Counted from the stretch's first letter, positions 1 to 10,534 are shown. The stretch is DNA of 64,000 bases from an uncultured Gemmatimonadota bacterium (GCA_964626665.1 CAZVGK010000015.1:1-64000), one strand, 5' to 3'. Numbers and translations: made by a program. Notes: generated by a model not told the origin, from the sequence alone.

Positions 1-310
1 GATGATAAGCCTACCTTCTGCAGTTTCGGGCTCTAGGCTTTAATATACAAGGGACCCCGATGGATCGGGGTCCGCAGGGTCCCCTGGGCTACCCGTCCCG
101 AACCGGAACGGGTCGGGAAAGCCCAGGAGAGGTTACCCCCCGCTTTAGCGGGGGTAGAAGTGTAAAGACCGCATTTATACGACCATCTATTCGTGTAGAT
201 TCGTGTCATTTATGTTCCAAAGATTCAGTGAAATCCGTGTAATCCGTGGCTGTTGTTTGGTTGCGGCTTTGCTGCGCTGTGTTCATCTGTGGTTATAGCA
301 TATTTTGTCT

Positions 311-2179
311 TCATTTCCCTTGGCGAAGATGAACCATGAGCACGGAGATGGCCGCTGGAGTAACGCCCGAGAGGCGGGAGGCCTGACCCAAGGAGAGCGG
401 ACGGAAATGAGAGAACTTCTCCTTGACCTCAACGGAGAGGCCGGGAAGATGGTTGAAATCCATATCCTGAGGTATCCTCCACTGCTCCATTTTTTTGAAT
501 TTCTCCACCTCTTTTGCCTGCCTCTGGATGTAGCCGGCATACTTAACCTCAGCTTCCAAGATGGGCCATAGCCGACGAGGGAGTTTCTCCACTTCATTGT
601 TCAATTCCCGAAGGTGGCTGTAGGTAACCTCTGGTTTTCTTAAAAGCTCCTCTAAGGTCGTTGACTTTTTCAGAGGGGGAGCTCCCCAGGATTGGAATTT
701 AAGGTTCATCTCCTCATTGGGGGAGATCCTGATCATCTTCAGCCTTTTGAGTGTCTCGTCATAGCTCCTTTTTAGGGCCAGAACCTTTTCATACTTTTCT
801 CGGTTTAGCAGGCCAACTTTATATCCCAATGGGGAAATCCGAAACGCGACGTTGTCCTCCCGCAGGATAAGCCGATACTCCACGCGGGAGGTAAACATCC
901 GATAGGGCTCATCCGTCCCCTTGGTAACCAAGTCATCTATCATAACGCCGATGTAAGCCTGGGAGCGGTCCAGAATCAGGGGGGATTCCCCCTTTGCCTG
1001 GAGGGCGGCATTTATGCCGGCCAGGATTCCCTGTGCCCCGGCTTCCTCATATCCAGTGGTGCCATTTATCTGCCCGGCCATAAAGAGTCCCTCAATAAGC
1101 TTACACTCTAAAGTGGGTTTAAGCTGTGTAGGGTCCACATAATCGTGCTCGATACCGTATCCAGGCCTGACGATCCTGGCCCTCTCTAATCCAGGGATCG
1201 TATGGAGAAATCTATATTGAACATCGATAGGGAGGCTGGTGAAGAGCCCATTGGGGTAGATGAGGTTGCTCTTTACGCCCTCAGGTTCCAGAAAGACCTG
1301 ATGACTCTCCCTCTGGGGGAACTTCACTACCTTGTCCTCGATGGAAGGGCAGTATCTGACGCCTTTTGATCTTATCTTCCCACTATAGAGGGGAGAACGG
1401 TGCAGATTCTCCCTGATAACTTGATGGGTCTCAGGAGTGGTGCGGGTGAGGTAACAGGAGACTTGCTGCCTCTCTAATTCCTTTGTCCAGAAGGAGAAGG
1501 GTAGAGGATAGGGATCACCTTTCTGTTCGGCAAGCTGGGAGAGATCAACCGTTCTTCTGTCAACGCGAGGAGGGGTACCAGTCTTAAACCTTCCCAACTT
1601 GAGGCCGAGTCTCTTGAGGGATTTGGAGAGCCCAACGGAAGGGAAGTCACCAATGCGTCCTGCAGGGCTGCTTTGCAGGCCGATGTGAATTAAGCCATTA
1701 AGAAAAGTCCCTGGGCAGAGGATAACTGTCTTGCCCAGGAACTTCTCCTTAAACTTGGTCCTCACTCCGCTTACTCTCCCCTTTTTAGTGAGGAGCCATT
1801 CGACCATTTCCTCCTTTAGATCTAAGTTGGGTTGGTCCTCCAATACCTGTCTGAAATATTGATTGTATGCCTTTCTATCTGCCTGGGCCCGGGAGGATCT
1901 CACTGCTGGCCCCTTGCTTGTGTTCAATTGTCTGAACTGGATTCCGGTGGCATCGATAGCCTTGCCCATCTCCCCGCCTAAGGCATCGATCTCCTTGACG
2001 AGTTGTCCCTTTCCCACCCCTCCGATGGCGGGATTGCAGGACATAAGGGCAATGTTGTTTATGTTTGAGGTCAAGAGCAGGGTCTGGCAACCCATGCGGG
2101 CGGAGGCTAAGGCAGCCTCACAGCCAGCATGCCCTGCCCCCACCACAATCACATCATATCTCTGAGGACAGGTAAACAT
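311..2179 (-). CDS. mnmG: tRNA uridine-5-carboxymethylaminomethyl modification enzyme MnmG/GidA
   Basis: 622 aa; [17 protein letters not shown] motif, [35 protein letters not shown]. Confidence 0.98.
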   Translation of the reverse strand: MFTCPQRYDVIVVGAGHAGCEAALASARMGCQTLLLTSNINNIALMSCNPAIGGVGKGQLVKEIDALGGEMGKAIDATGIQFRQLNTSKGPAVRSSRAQADRKAYNQYFRQVLEDQPNLDLKEEMVEWLLTKKGRVSGVRTKFKEKFLGKTVILCPGTFLNGLIHIGLQSSPAGRIGDFPSVGLSKSLKRLGLKLGRFKTGTPPRVDRRTVDLSQLAEQKGDPYPLPFSFWTKELERQQVSCYLTRTTPETHQVIRENLHRSPLYSGKIRSKGVRYCPSIEDKVVKFPQRESHQVFLEPEGVKSNLIYPNGLFTSLPIDVQYRFLHTIPGLERARIVRPGYGIEHDYVDPTQLKPTLECKLIEGLFMAGQINGTTGYEEAGAQGILAGINAALQAKGESPLILDRSQAYIGVMIDDLVTKGTDEPYRMFTSRVEYRLILREDNVAFRISPLGYKVGLLNREKYEKVLALKRSYDETLKRLKMIRISPNEEMNLKFQSWGAPPLKKSTTLEELLRKPEVTYSHLRELNNEVEKLPRRLWPILEAEVKYAGYIQRQAKEVEKFKKMEQWRIPQDMDFNHLPGLSVEVKEKFSHFRPLSLGQASRLSGVTPAAISVLMVHLRQGK

Positions 2180-2188
2180 CTTAGTAAT

Positions 2189-2216
2189 AAGTTAATCCCT
2201 CTCCCCAATTTGTCAA
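2189..2216 (-). promoter_or_regulatory. sigma70-type promoter directly before the mnmG ATG
   Basis: TTGACA-16nt-TAACTT, then 9 nt to ATG. Confidence 0.45.
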
Positions 2217-3016
2217 GGCTAAACCGATCTTTGTGTAGACAGTTATCATGCTGGAAGTGCTCAGGGGAACATATTCCTCTTGATTTTGCTCTATTTTCCA
2301 TAACCCTTGATGACCTCCTGAAGGAGACTCCCAGGGGTTGTAACCTTGTATGGTTTTCAGCGAGAAAGCTGACAAAAATATCTTGACAAAAAGTCAGAGT
2401 AGTTTATAAAGGGAAATCTGGAGAAAAAACGGGAAATCCTTTCTGATATAGGTTTGAACTACCAGCTCAGGGACAGAATTCTGCTAATTCAACTTAAAAA
2501 ACCCTTCCTCATCATCGAGAAAGGGCGCAGGTTTCCCTCTTGGTGCACCATAGTTGAGGAAGTCAGAAATTATTTCCTTGAACATCCGTCCTGGTGGTGC
2601 TAATCTGAGTATATCTTACTACATTAGGCGATATCTGACAAGGGCGTGTTCAGCTAAGCGAAAAGGAGAAGCCGGAAATTATAGCGAGTGTTCCAAGAAC
2701 ACTCATGATGCGATCATTTTTTTCTTGACAAGCGACCATTGATGTGTTATTTTATTAAAAGTAGGGTAGCGGAGATAACTTCTGATTAAGCCTATCTCTC
2801 AAATCTATGCCAAGATAGCTCTGTTTCTTCTTCTCTACTCCCCGATCTGATATTATTTCTTATTTGATCAGTTTTTCTGCGTGAAAGTTGAAGTCATTGC
2901 TCCTTAAACGCACAGATTCCTCCACTAATCCTTTCCAAAGAACGAATCCCTCGTGTCCCCTTAGTTACCCGGGTTATCTCCTCTTAAACTAATAACTGCA
3001 AAAACAAGGCGATGAA

Positions 3017-4546
3017 ATGAAACGCAACTTTATGTTATTCGTCTGTCTGCTTGGCCTCGTGGCTAGCGCCGGTCTTTCCCTTGCTAGCCCACCAGATATA
3101 CGGATTGGGCCCAGTATTAGGGTGCCCTCTACTCCTACTACCCAGCTTCAGCCTTCTATTGCTGTAGACATTGATGGGAATATCAATATAACCTGGGATG
3201 ATTGTCGCCAGGGCTTTGACTCCGAAGATGTCTACTTCTCCCGTTCTACTGATGGGGGATGGACCTGGAGCACGGAGGTGAAAGTAAACGATGAGCATCC
3301 AGGGAGCTCCAAATTCTCCTCGCTGGGGCTTGATGCTGCAGGCAAACTATATGTAGCTTGGGAGCAGGAGCCGGAGGGGAATGTCTACTTCTCTATGTCC
3401 ACGGACAGTGGGAAGAGCTGGAGCTCAGATGTAAGGGTGAACGAGGATGCCCCTGGATGGCAGGGTGCCCCCTCTTTGGCTGTGGATCCAGATGGCAACA
3501 TCTATGTCACCTGGTATGATGAGCGCAACGGCCTCAGTGACATCTACTTTGCCCGCTCTACGGATGCAGGGAGCACCTGGACCACCCCTAATGTGCGGGT
3601 AAATAGCCCCTCCTCTGGCTACCAGCTTGGATCTCATACAGCAGTGGACGATAGTGGAAGAGTCTATGTTGTGTGGGATGATAGTAGGAGTGGGATCGAT
3701 GATGTTTATTTCTCCTTCTCCCAGGACGGCGGGAAGAGCTGGTCACCTGATGTGAGGGTGAACGATGATGAGCACAGACATGTGAATGATCCCCATGTAG
3801 CGTTGAGCAAGGAGGGGATCATCTATGTGGTCTGGGAGAGTGAGGACATCTGCTTTGCCCGCTCCACAGACAATGGGCAGCGCTGGACTAACCCCAATAT
3901 CAAGGTAAACAGCGATTCGTTGACCCTGTTGGAGTACTCTCAGCCTTGGATAAGGGTAGATGATCAGGGGAGGATATCTGTTGTCTGGAGGGGTCGCAGT
4001 GGGCCTGAGGATGACTACAAGACTCACATCTACTGTGCTATGTCCAGTGACAGTGGCAATACCTGGACAGATCCCGAGATTCGGGTGGATGATAGCCTCT
4101 GTATTGCCGCAGAGCTTCCTTCGTTAGATGTGGGTCCCTATGGGAACCTCTACATAGCCTGGGATGGCGATCGCATAACAATGCAGCCGGTGCAGATCTT
4201 CTTTGCCCGGGGTTGGCCCATCATCACGGTGGTTCCCGAAGCCCCACAGGCTGGCACCCCCAAAGAATTCAAGCTACTCCAGAACTACCCCAATCCCTTC
4301 AACTCAAAGACAGCGGTCAGCTATCAGCTCTCAGCGGTCAGTCCCCTCCACACCACCCTCAAGATCTATGATATTTTAGGCCAGCAGATAAGAAAATTAG
4401 TGGAGAAAGAACAGGGACCCGGCTTCTATAACATCCGTTGGGACGGCAAGGATGATAAAGGCAAAGAGGTAGCAAGTGGGGTCTATTTTTGCAGACTCCA
4501 AAACGGTGATCTTGTGGCCACCAAGAAGCTCCTTCTACTTAGATAG
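3017..4546 (+). CDS. Secreted BNR/Asp-box (sialidase-like beta-propeller) protein with T9SS/FlgD-type C-terminal domain
   Basis: Signal peptide; repeated STDxGxTW Asp-boxes; C-terminal [10 protein letters not shown]...ASGVYFCRL...KKLLLLR. Confidence 0.85.
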   Translation: MKRNFMLFVCLLGLVASAGLSLASPPDIRIGPSIRVPSTPTTQLQPSIAVDIDGNINITWDDCRQGFDSEDVYFSRSTDGGWTWSTEVKVNDEHPGSSKFSSLGLDAAGKLYVAWEQEPEGNVYFSMSTDSGKSWSSDVRVNEDAPGWQGAPSLAVDPDGNIYVTWYDERNGLSDIYFARSTDAGSTWTTPNVRVNSPSSGYQLGSHTAVDDSGRVYVVWDDSRSGIDDVYFSFSQDGGKSWSPDVRVNDDEHRHVNDPHVALSKEGIIYVVWESEDICFARSTDNGQRWTNPNIKVNSDSLTLLEYSQPWIRVDDQGRISVVWRGRSGPEDDYKTHIYCAMSSDSGNTWTDPEIRVDDSLCIAAELPSLDVGPYGNLYIAWDGDRITMQPVQIFFARGWPIITVVPEAPQAGTPKEFKLLQNYPNPFNSKTAVSYQLSAVSPLHTTLKIYDILGQQIRKLVEKEQGPGFYNIRWDGKDDKGKEVASGVYFCRLQNGDLVATKKLLLLR

Positions 4547-4676
4547 CCCAAAACAAAAAAGTCGGGAAGCAATTGAATGGTCTGGGCATTTCTCCATCGG
4601 CGAGTGCCGACGATCCTCGAACGCATCATGCAAAGTGTGTGCTCTGAATGTGAGGGTTACTTGAGCTTGAATGCAA

Positions 4677-4727
4677 AGCACAATCGTGTTGACGCTCTGA
4701 GCAGCGTATTCGATTGTGCTTCTTTAT
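4677..4727 (+). terminator. Hairpin, probable terminator
   Basis: AAGCACAATCG...CGATTGTGCTT with inner ACGCT/AGCGT, followed by CTTTATT. Confidence 0.45.
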
Positions 4728-4946
4728 TGGTCAATAGGTCCGCGATGTGGATTTGAAAAGTGGACGAACTTGGCGATATTTCCAACCATCATTCCCGGAG
4801 GTGATTAAAATGTACATCTAAAGATTTCCTCTCTCAATTTTCATTTCTCAATCTCAAAAAAGGAGGCGAGATGGTCACCACAAGAGTTTGATGTCTATCT
4901 CTACATTGTTGTTGTATTCCTTCATTCTAAAAGGAGGAGAGAAACA

Positions 4947-7900
4947 ATGAAAACCATAATTTCCAGGGCGATGACCGGTGTCGTCCTGTTCCTCACCCTT
5001 GGGTTCTTGCTGGGGCAAGGGAGAGATGCTCTCGCCCAAACGATTACGGACACCCTCAACTTCTCAGAGAACGATCTCATTCTCTCTGAGTACCAATCCG
5101 GAGGTCAAGTTTACACGGTAGTTATCCTCCCAGGGGGCTCCCACATAATTGCCAAATCCAAGCCCTACCTGCCTGTGAAGAACCTGAAATATGTTATACC
5201 GCCATCCCAGAAGTTCGATAGCCTGAAAGTCGTAGCTGTGGATAGCGTTGAAGTTTCTGGAGGACCTTATTCTATCTATCCCTCTCAACCTCCAGAGCCG
5301 ACTTTGATAGGCTCCATCCCAACAGCGTTTACTACGGGAGACTCTTCCATCTATGAATCTAGCCACCTCTGGCCAGGATACAGGGTCTCATTGACCAAGC
5401 AGGATTACTCTCTGGGATTCAAGATCATTACCCTCTCAGTATTCCCAGTTCAGTATCTTCCATCTGAGGGCAGTCTCTATCTCTATACTCACATGGAATA
5501 TGAGATATATTGTAGTAGTTCACCTGGAGGCAATTGGGCTCAGCAGGCCTCAAGAACTCAAGAGGATCAGAATGAATATCTGGAAATTGTCAAACAGAGC
5601 GTGGAAAATCCTAATCAAGTGGAAGAGTTTGCGCCCAATCCGCAGATTATCTCCTACGACAAAGCCTGGAGTTACATCATCATCACCCCAGACTCTCTCA
5701 AGGTGGCCCTTCAGCCCTTAAGTGATTGGTATAATAGACGCGGCATTAGGGCTTATGTCCAAGACTTGGATTCCATCTACCAGAACTATTCTGGGGCAAA
5801 CAACGAAGAGAAGATCCGGAATTTCATCAAAGATCGGTATGCCAATGAGGGGGCCAGATATATATTGTTGGGCGGAGATGGCGCTCTCATACCACCCACC
5901 CCCTGGCTCAACGGGTGGACAGCTAATTGCATTCCCACAGATTTATACTACTCCTGCTTGGATTGGACTTGGGATCCCAATGGAAACGGAGACTATGCTG
6001 ATCCGGATCCGTTTTTTGTGCAGACACCAGATGGGGATACCCTGATAGAACAGGGAGCCATTGACTACGGCCCGGACATCTTCGTGGGCAGAGCCCCTGT
6101 ATCGAACAGCCAAGAGGCAGCGCTTTTTGTCCAGAAAACCCTCTCCTATCAAGAGAACCCCTCACCGAATTACCACCAGGGTGAGAAGGGGTTACTGCTG
6201 GGGGCTATGCTTTTCTGCTGGTGTTCGGGTGGGGTGGATAAGGATAGCTCTATAGCAGACCTACCAGGTTATTCTACCAACTACTACAGGCTTTACGATG
6301 ATGCGTATGATACGCTCTCGCCAACCTGGTATCTGAAGAACGCCCGAATAAACCGCCAGGGATCTGTGGACCAACTCAACGAAAGTTATTATCTAGTCAA
6401 TCACGGAGGCCATGGAAATTACAGTAGAATTAGCGTTAGCCCCTCGGAAGACCCAGCCAATGAGGTGCTTACCCCCACGGACCTTGATAGCCTCTCCAAC
6501 GAGGGCTATAGCCCTATCTTCTCCTTCGCCTGCTTAAGCGCGCCCTTAGATAAGGGGGCTGATTCCTGTTTCGCCAGACACTGGCTTTCCAACGATGAGG
6601 GTGGAGGGATAGCCTATGTTGGCCACAGCCGCTTGGGCTTTAATGCAGTGCCTATAAGTACAGAGGCCTTATCTCCCCTCTTGGATAGGCTCTTCTGGCG
6701 TTCCCTCTACCGGCAGAACAAGGTGGGTCAGGCTTTAGCTGAGGCGAAATTCGATTATCCCCTTGATCCTTACTTTCCTGATTCTACAGACACTATTTCT
6801 TCCTGCGCATCATTCCAATACGGGGAGTTCGCCAGCTTGAATTTGCTCGGAGATCCGGCCCTCCCCGTCTGGATGTCCTTTCCTGAGACCCTCCATGTCT
6901 CCCATCCCGATTCCGGTCCTACAGCCGAATGCTCGTTCTCTGTTCAGGTCATCTCAGACGGAAGCCCTGTCTCAGATGCTTGGGTCTGTCTCTATAAAGA
7001 GGGAGATATATATACCAAATTGCTTACAGACGGCTCAGGAGAGGCAGATTTCACCGTATTCCCCCAATCTTCCGGTAGCCTCTATGTGACGGTGACCAAG
7101 TATAGTGAGTATATCCCTTATCGGGGCAAGGCCGCAGTCTCCCCATGTTCCTCATGTGTCTCAACCCATATCGGCGGGACCAAGGATTGGGAGGGGGAAA
7201 TCCTCATCTGTGGAGATGTCACAGTGGATAGCGGGGCGGTGCTTACCATTAAACCGGGGGCAGTGGTCAGGTCTGTGCCGGATAGAGATAATGAGAAAAG
7301 TGGAGTGGACACCACCAAGTGTGAGCTGATAGTTTATGGTACCTTGAATATTGCGGGGACTGATACAGAAGAGGTGACGATTACCAGCACCGGCGCTGAG
7401 CCCAAAGCAGGTGACTGGTATGGGATCAGGATTATGAATGGGGGGAAGGCAGACATCCAGCATGCCAATATCAAATATGGCTACTGTGGGCTGAAGCTCC
7501 ACTCTGGCAGCGTGGATACGGTGAAGAACTGTCACATTACCCAAAATGAGGTCTATGGCATCAGGTGCGAGACCGATGACGCCTATATCTACAATAATAC
7601 CATAGACTATAACGAGCGCTATGGGATTTATGTCCATAACCACTCTCCTAATATCGTAGAGAACACCGTTGCCAACTATCCTCAGTCAACGCCGTCATAT
7701 GATATCTACTGTTACTTTCAAACTCAAACTTCCTCCAAAATCCAGAGCGATACACTCAAGGGCAATCCCCATGGGGTCGGCCTCTATCTCTATCGCTCCA
7801 GACCTCTGGTAGAGGACTGCACCATAAAGGATGACTCCATAGGTGTTGTTGTCTTTGATTCCGATCCCGTGATAACGGAGAACACACTCTCTGCTAACCA

Positions 7901-8510
7901 GATTGGCCTATCCTGCGACTGTCTGGCTGATCCTACCTTTAAGAAGAGCACAATCGAGAATAGCACAAGGTACGGAGTTTACTGCACTGGGGGATCATAT
8001 CCGGTCATTGGTGGTTCGGGAATCAATTGCTGTAGCATAACGGGCAGTGCTTACTTCCATGTCTACAACGACAACCAACCCAGGCCAAATCCCATAATGG
8101 CAGAGCGGAACTGGTGGGGAACGAGACCACCCGACCCCAACAAATTCGCTGGCCCGGTTGATTACAACCCCTATTCTTTCTTTAACTGTCGTCCGAGCTT
8201 CCCCAAAGTGGCCTTACCAGAGAACCTTCCCCAGGAGTTCTCCCTTTCCCAGAACTATCCCAACCCATTTAATCCTACTACGGTAATCAAATATGCTCTA
8301 CCTACGAAGCAGCATGTGGTCTTAAGAATCTATAATCTTCTCGGACAGGTGGTTACGACTTTGGTGGATGACCACCAGCGCGCCGGTTATTACCAGGTTA
8401 GGTGGAACGGGAAGAACAGCCGGGGTAAGAATATCGCCAGTGGAGTCTACTTCTATCGTATCAAAGCAGGTAGCTTTGTAAGGACGAGGAAACTTCTCCT
8501 GTTGAAATAG
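4947..8510 (+). CDS. Peptidase C25 (gingipain-like) with propeptide, right-handed beta-helix and T9SS/FlgD-type CTD
   Basis: YILLGGD, TDLYYSCLD, DIFVGRAP, NHGGHG (His) and FACLS (Cys) dyad, [27 protein letters not shown]. Confidence 0.9.
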   Translation: MKTIISRAMTGVVLFLTLGFLLGQGRDALAQTITDTLNFSENDLILSEYQSGGQVYTVVILPGGSHIIAKSKPYLPVKNLKYVIPPSQKFDSLKVVAVDSVEVSGGPYSIYPSQPPEPTLIGSIPTAFTTGDSSIYESSHLWPGYRVSLTKQDYSLGFKIITLSVFPVQYLPSEGSLYLYTHMEYEIYCSSSPGGNWAQQASRTQEDQNEYLEIVKQSVENPNQVEEFAPNPQIISYDKAWSYIIITPDSLKVALQPLSDWYNRRGIRAYVQDLDSIYQNYSGANNEEKIRNFIKDRYANEGARYILLGGDGALIPPTPWLNGWTANCIPTDLYYSCLDWTWDPNGNGDYADPDPFFVQTPDGDTLIEQGAIDYGPDIFVGRAPVSNSQEAALFVQKTLSYQENPSPNYHQGEKGLLLGAMLFCWCSGGVDKDSSIADLPGYSTNYYRLYDDAYDTLSPTWYLKNARINRQGSVDQLNESYYLVNHGGHGNYSRISVSPSEDPANEVLTPTDLDSLSNEGYSPIFSFACLSAPLDKGADSCFARHWLSNDEGGGIAYVGHSRLGFNAVPISTEALSPLLDRLFWRSLYRQNKVGQALAEAKFDYPLDPYFPDSTDTISSCASFQYGEFASLNLLGDPALPVWMSFPETLHVSHPDSGPTAECSFSVQVISDGSPVSDAWVCLYKEGDIYTKLLTDGSGEADFTVFPQSSGSLYVTVTKYSEYIPYRGKAAVSPCSSCVSTHIGGTKDWEGEILICGDVTVDSGAVLTIKPGAVVRSVPDRDNEKSGVDTTKCELIVYGTLNIAGTDTEEVTITSTGAEPKAGDWYGIRIMNGGKADIQHANIKYGYCGLKLHSGSVDTVKNCHITQNEVYGIRCETDDAYIYNNTIDYNERYGIYVHNHSPNIVENTVANYPQSTPSYDIYCYFQTQTSSKIQSDTLKGNPHGVGLYLYRSRPLVEDCTIKDDSIGVVVFDSDPVITENTLSANQIGLSCDCLADPTFKKSTIENSTRYGVYCTGGSYPVIGGSGINCCSITGSAYFHVYNDNQPRPNPIMAERNWWGTRPPDPNKFAGPVDYNPYSFFNCRPSFPKVALPENLPQEFSLSQNYPNPFNPTTVIKYALPTKQHVVLRIYNLLGQVVTTLVDDHQRAGYYQVRWNGKNSRGKNIASGVYFYRIKAGSFVRTRKLLLLK

Positions 8511-8533
8511 CAAAAGCAGAAAGGAGTGAAAAG

Positions 8534-9094
8534 ATGAAACGTTATAGCTTATTAGCTATCATCCTCTGTGGTCTCTTGCTGTCCATATCTTCTCTTGGGG
8601 CAGCCACATTGGAGATACCCATTGAAAAGGTAGTAGAGCTTTCACCTCCAGACAGCCTACATGCGGCGAGGTTTCTCATCAACTTCTCCCTGCCCGAAGA
8701 AGTCGATGGAGCTACAGTCGACTTTGCCCAGCTTGAGATCAGTCTTGGTATAGAGCAGACAGAGAACAGGCCGGTTACTTTGGAGTGCTGTGCCCTGGTT
8801 ACGGACTGGGATGCTGGAACGGTTAGCTGGTCTCAGCCCTGGAGCAATCCTGGAGGAGATATATCCGATAGCAACAAAACCGTTCTTGCCCTTTACTCTG
8901 GTGGAGAGATGCTCTGCAGGGCTAACATCACCCATCTTCTGCAGGCCTGGGTGGATGGAGCGCCCAACTATGGTCTGATCTTAAAGGCAGTCCGGGACAA
9001 GAACCTGAGTTTGAGTAGGCTTGATGGCCCAAACCTCCCTCCAGGCGTAAAAGCAAGGATAAAGGTCTGGTATACTTCCAAGGAAGCAGAATAA
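8534..9094 (+). CDS. Secreted DNRLRE-like domain protein
   Basis: Signal peptide; W..PW..PGGD, NITHLLQAWVDG.PNYGLILK pattern. Confidence 0.6.
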   Translation: MKRYSLLAIILCGLLLSISSLGAATLEIPIEKVVELSPPDSLHAARFLINFSLPEEVDGATVDFAQLEISLGIEQTENRPVTLECCALVTDWDAGTVSWSQPWSNPGGDISDSNKTVLALYSGGEMLCRANITHLLQAWVDGAPNYGLILKAVRDKNLSLSRLDGPNLPPGVKARIKVWYTSKEAE

Positions 9095-9118
9095 CAGCTT
9101 CTGGATGTTTTTAACTCT

Positions 9119-9152
9119 CAGGCCGTCGGGAACCTTAACCTGACGGCCTGTG
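9119..9152 (+). terminator. Hairpin after the secreted-protein operon
   Basis: CAGGCCGTC(G)GG...CCTGACGGCCTG. Confidence 0.45.
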
Positions 9153-9307
9153 ATGTTTAAATGGGTCGCTGAATATGTAAAATACTGGTAGCCTATCCTA
9201 ACTTTAAGTATGGTAACTTGTGAGGTTCTCAGTCAAAAAAATATAATTTTTTTCTTGACAAGGGGATCTTGAAGATGTATTATTAATAGACTTATCTGGA
9301 GGATATT

Positions 9308-9805
9308 ATGCGTAGGTTAGGTAAGGTTATCTTCCCATTAGCAGTAGTGAGTTTTTTTCTTCTCATTTCCTCGGTTAAGGGGGAGCTTTTCTCTGGGACA
9401 AATGTTTTAGATATATCTAATGGAGATGGGTTCGATTTCTCCTCTGGCAAAGTAATCTCAGATGAAGACGCGGATCTCCTTACTGGTTTGGATGGCGATG
9501 GTAATCCCTCTTTCCTTCCCCCCACGGTGATAAAGGATATGGGAGAGATGTCTATGGAGGAAGTGAGGGAGGCACCACCTAAGGGTGATTATTCAGATAA
9601 GGCCAAGGTAGAAAAAGGCCATACCTACTGCATAGTCACCAGAGAGAGCCATTATGTCAAGTTTTTTGTGGATGAAAAGCCCACAGAGGCGATGAAACTA
9701 ACCATTCGTTGGGTTTACCAATCCGATGGAAGCAGGGAGTTGAACTCGCGGGCTGGTGTCATTACCAGCACTACCTGGGGAAAGATAAAAGCTCTTTTTA
9801 GATAG
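9308..9805 (+). CDS. Secreted hypothetical protein ending in a TTWGKIKALFR motif
   Basis: Signal peptide, SD GGAGG, TTGACA...TATTAT promoter at about 9255-9284. Confidence 0.75.
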   Translation: MRRLGKVIFPLAVVSFFLLISSVKGELFSGTNVLDISNGDGFDFSSGKVISDEDADLLTGLDGDGNPSFLPPTVIKDMGEMSMEEVREAPPKGDYSDKAKVEKGHTYCIVTRESHYVKFFVDEKPTEAMKLTIRWVYQSDGSRELNSRAGVITSTTWGKIKALFR

Positions 9806-10202
9806 TAAAGGGTTGTAGGTGTAATGATTTATCTCAAATGGAGAGGGGATAATTTCTCTCTCCATTATTTTTTTTGAGCCCTTATCTAAATTACTCACAA
9901 ATTTAGTATCGAAGGTTTTACTACTTTTCCACATTATAGTTTGCACATTGCTACTTCAAGTGTCATTGCGAAGAGCTTAACGGCGAAGCAATCCCGTAGT
10001 CTCAACTTGAAAACGAATGGTTCCTTTCCCACTAAAACGAGATAACAGAACCCCCATTCTGCCACCTTCCTCTCTTGTCCTCAAGTGAGGGCATCTGACC
10101 GCTTACGAGGTCTCTGAACGGCATCTTATGAGCAATTCGGCCTAATTGGTAATTGAAGGCTTGACCCCATTTCACCCCAAGCATCTCAGTTTGACAGAAT
10201 GC

Positions 10203-10469
10203 CTATTTAGTTTTAGCTTCTATTTCTTGCCAGAAATCCTTATGCGATACACCACCAGTCTTTTGAATCTGCTGGCGACCACGAGCCAAAACGGCTTGAA
10301 ACTTGGGCGAATAGGCCAATACTAGCCGATCTATCTCTTCCTCATCGGTTACCCCTAATAATACGGCTACCGGTTTACCATTTTTGGTAACCACAATCGG
10401 CCCCTTTTCAGATTCCTTTAAGTAGGCACTAAGATGTGCTTTTATTTCGGCAATGGGTGCAATCTTCAT
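10203..10469 (-). CDS. Phd/YefM family antitoxin
   Basis: EIKAHLSAYLK...PIVVTKNGKPVAVL; SD GGAGG. Confidence 0.9.
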   Translation of the reverse strand: MKIAPIAEIKAHLSAYLKESEKGPIVVTKNGKPVAVLLGVTDEEEIDRLVLAYSPKFQAVLARGRQQIQKTGGVSHKDFWQEIEAKTK

Positions 10470-10534
10470 AGATTTACCTCCTCTCCGCCAATGAACAAGC
10501 GATTCCCTTGTTTAATACCTATAGCCAGAATAAT
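10466..10534 (-). pseudogene. 3' remnant of a RelE/ParE-type toxin
   Basis: Translates IILAIGIKQGNRLFIGGEEVNL* with ATGA overlap on the antitoxin start; no 5' part. Confidence 0.65.

Noticed and set aside
2181-2742. Short ORFs 2181-2375 and 2554-2742
   Set aside because: No SD or recognisable motifs; they overlap promoter-like AT-rich DNA
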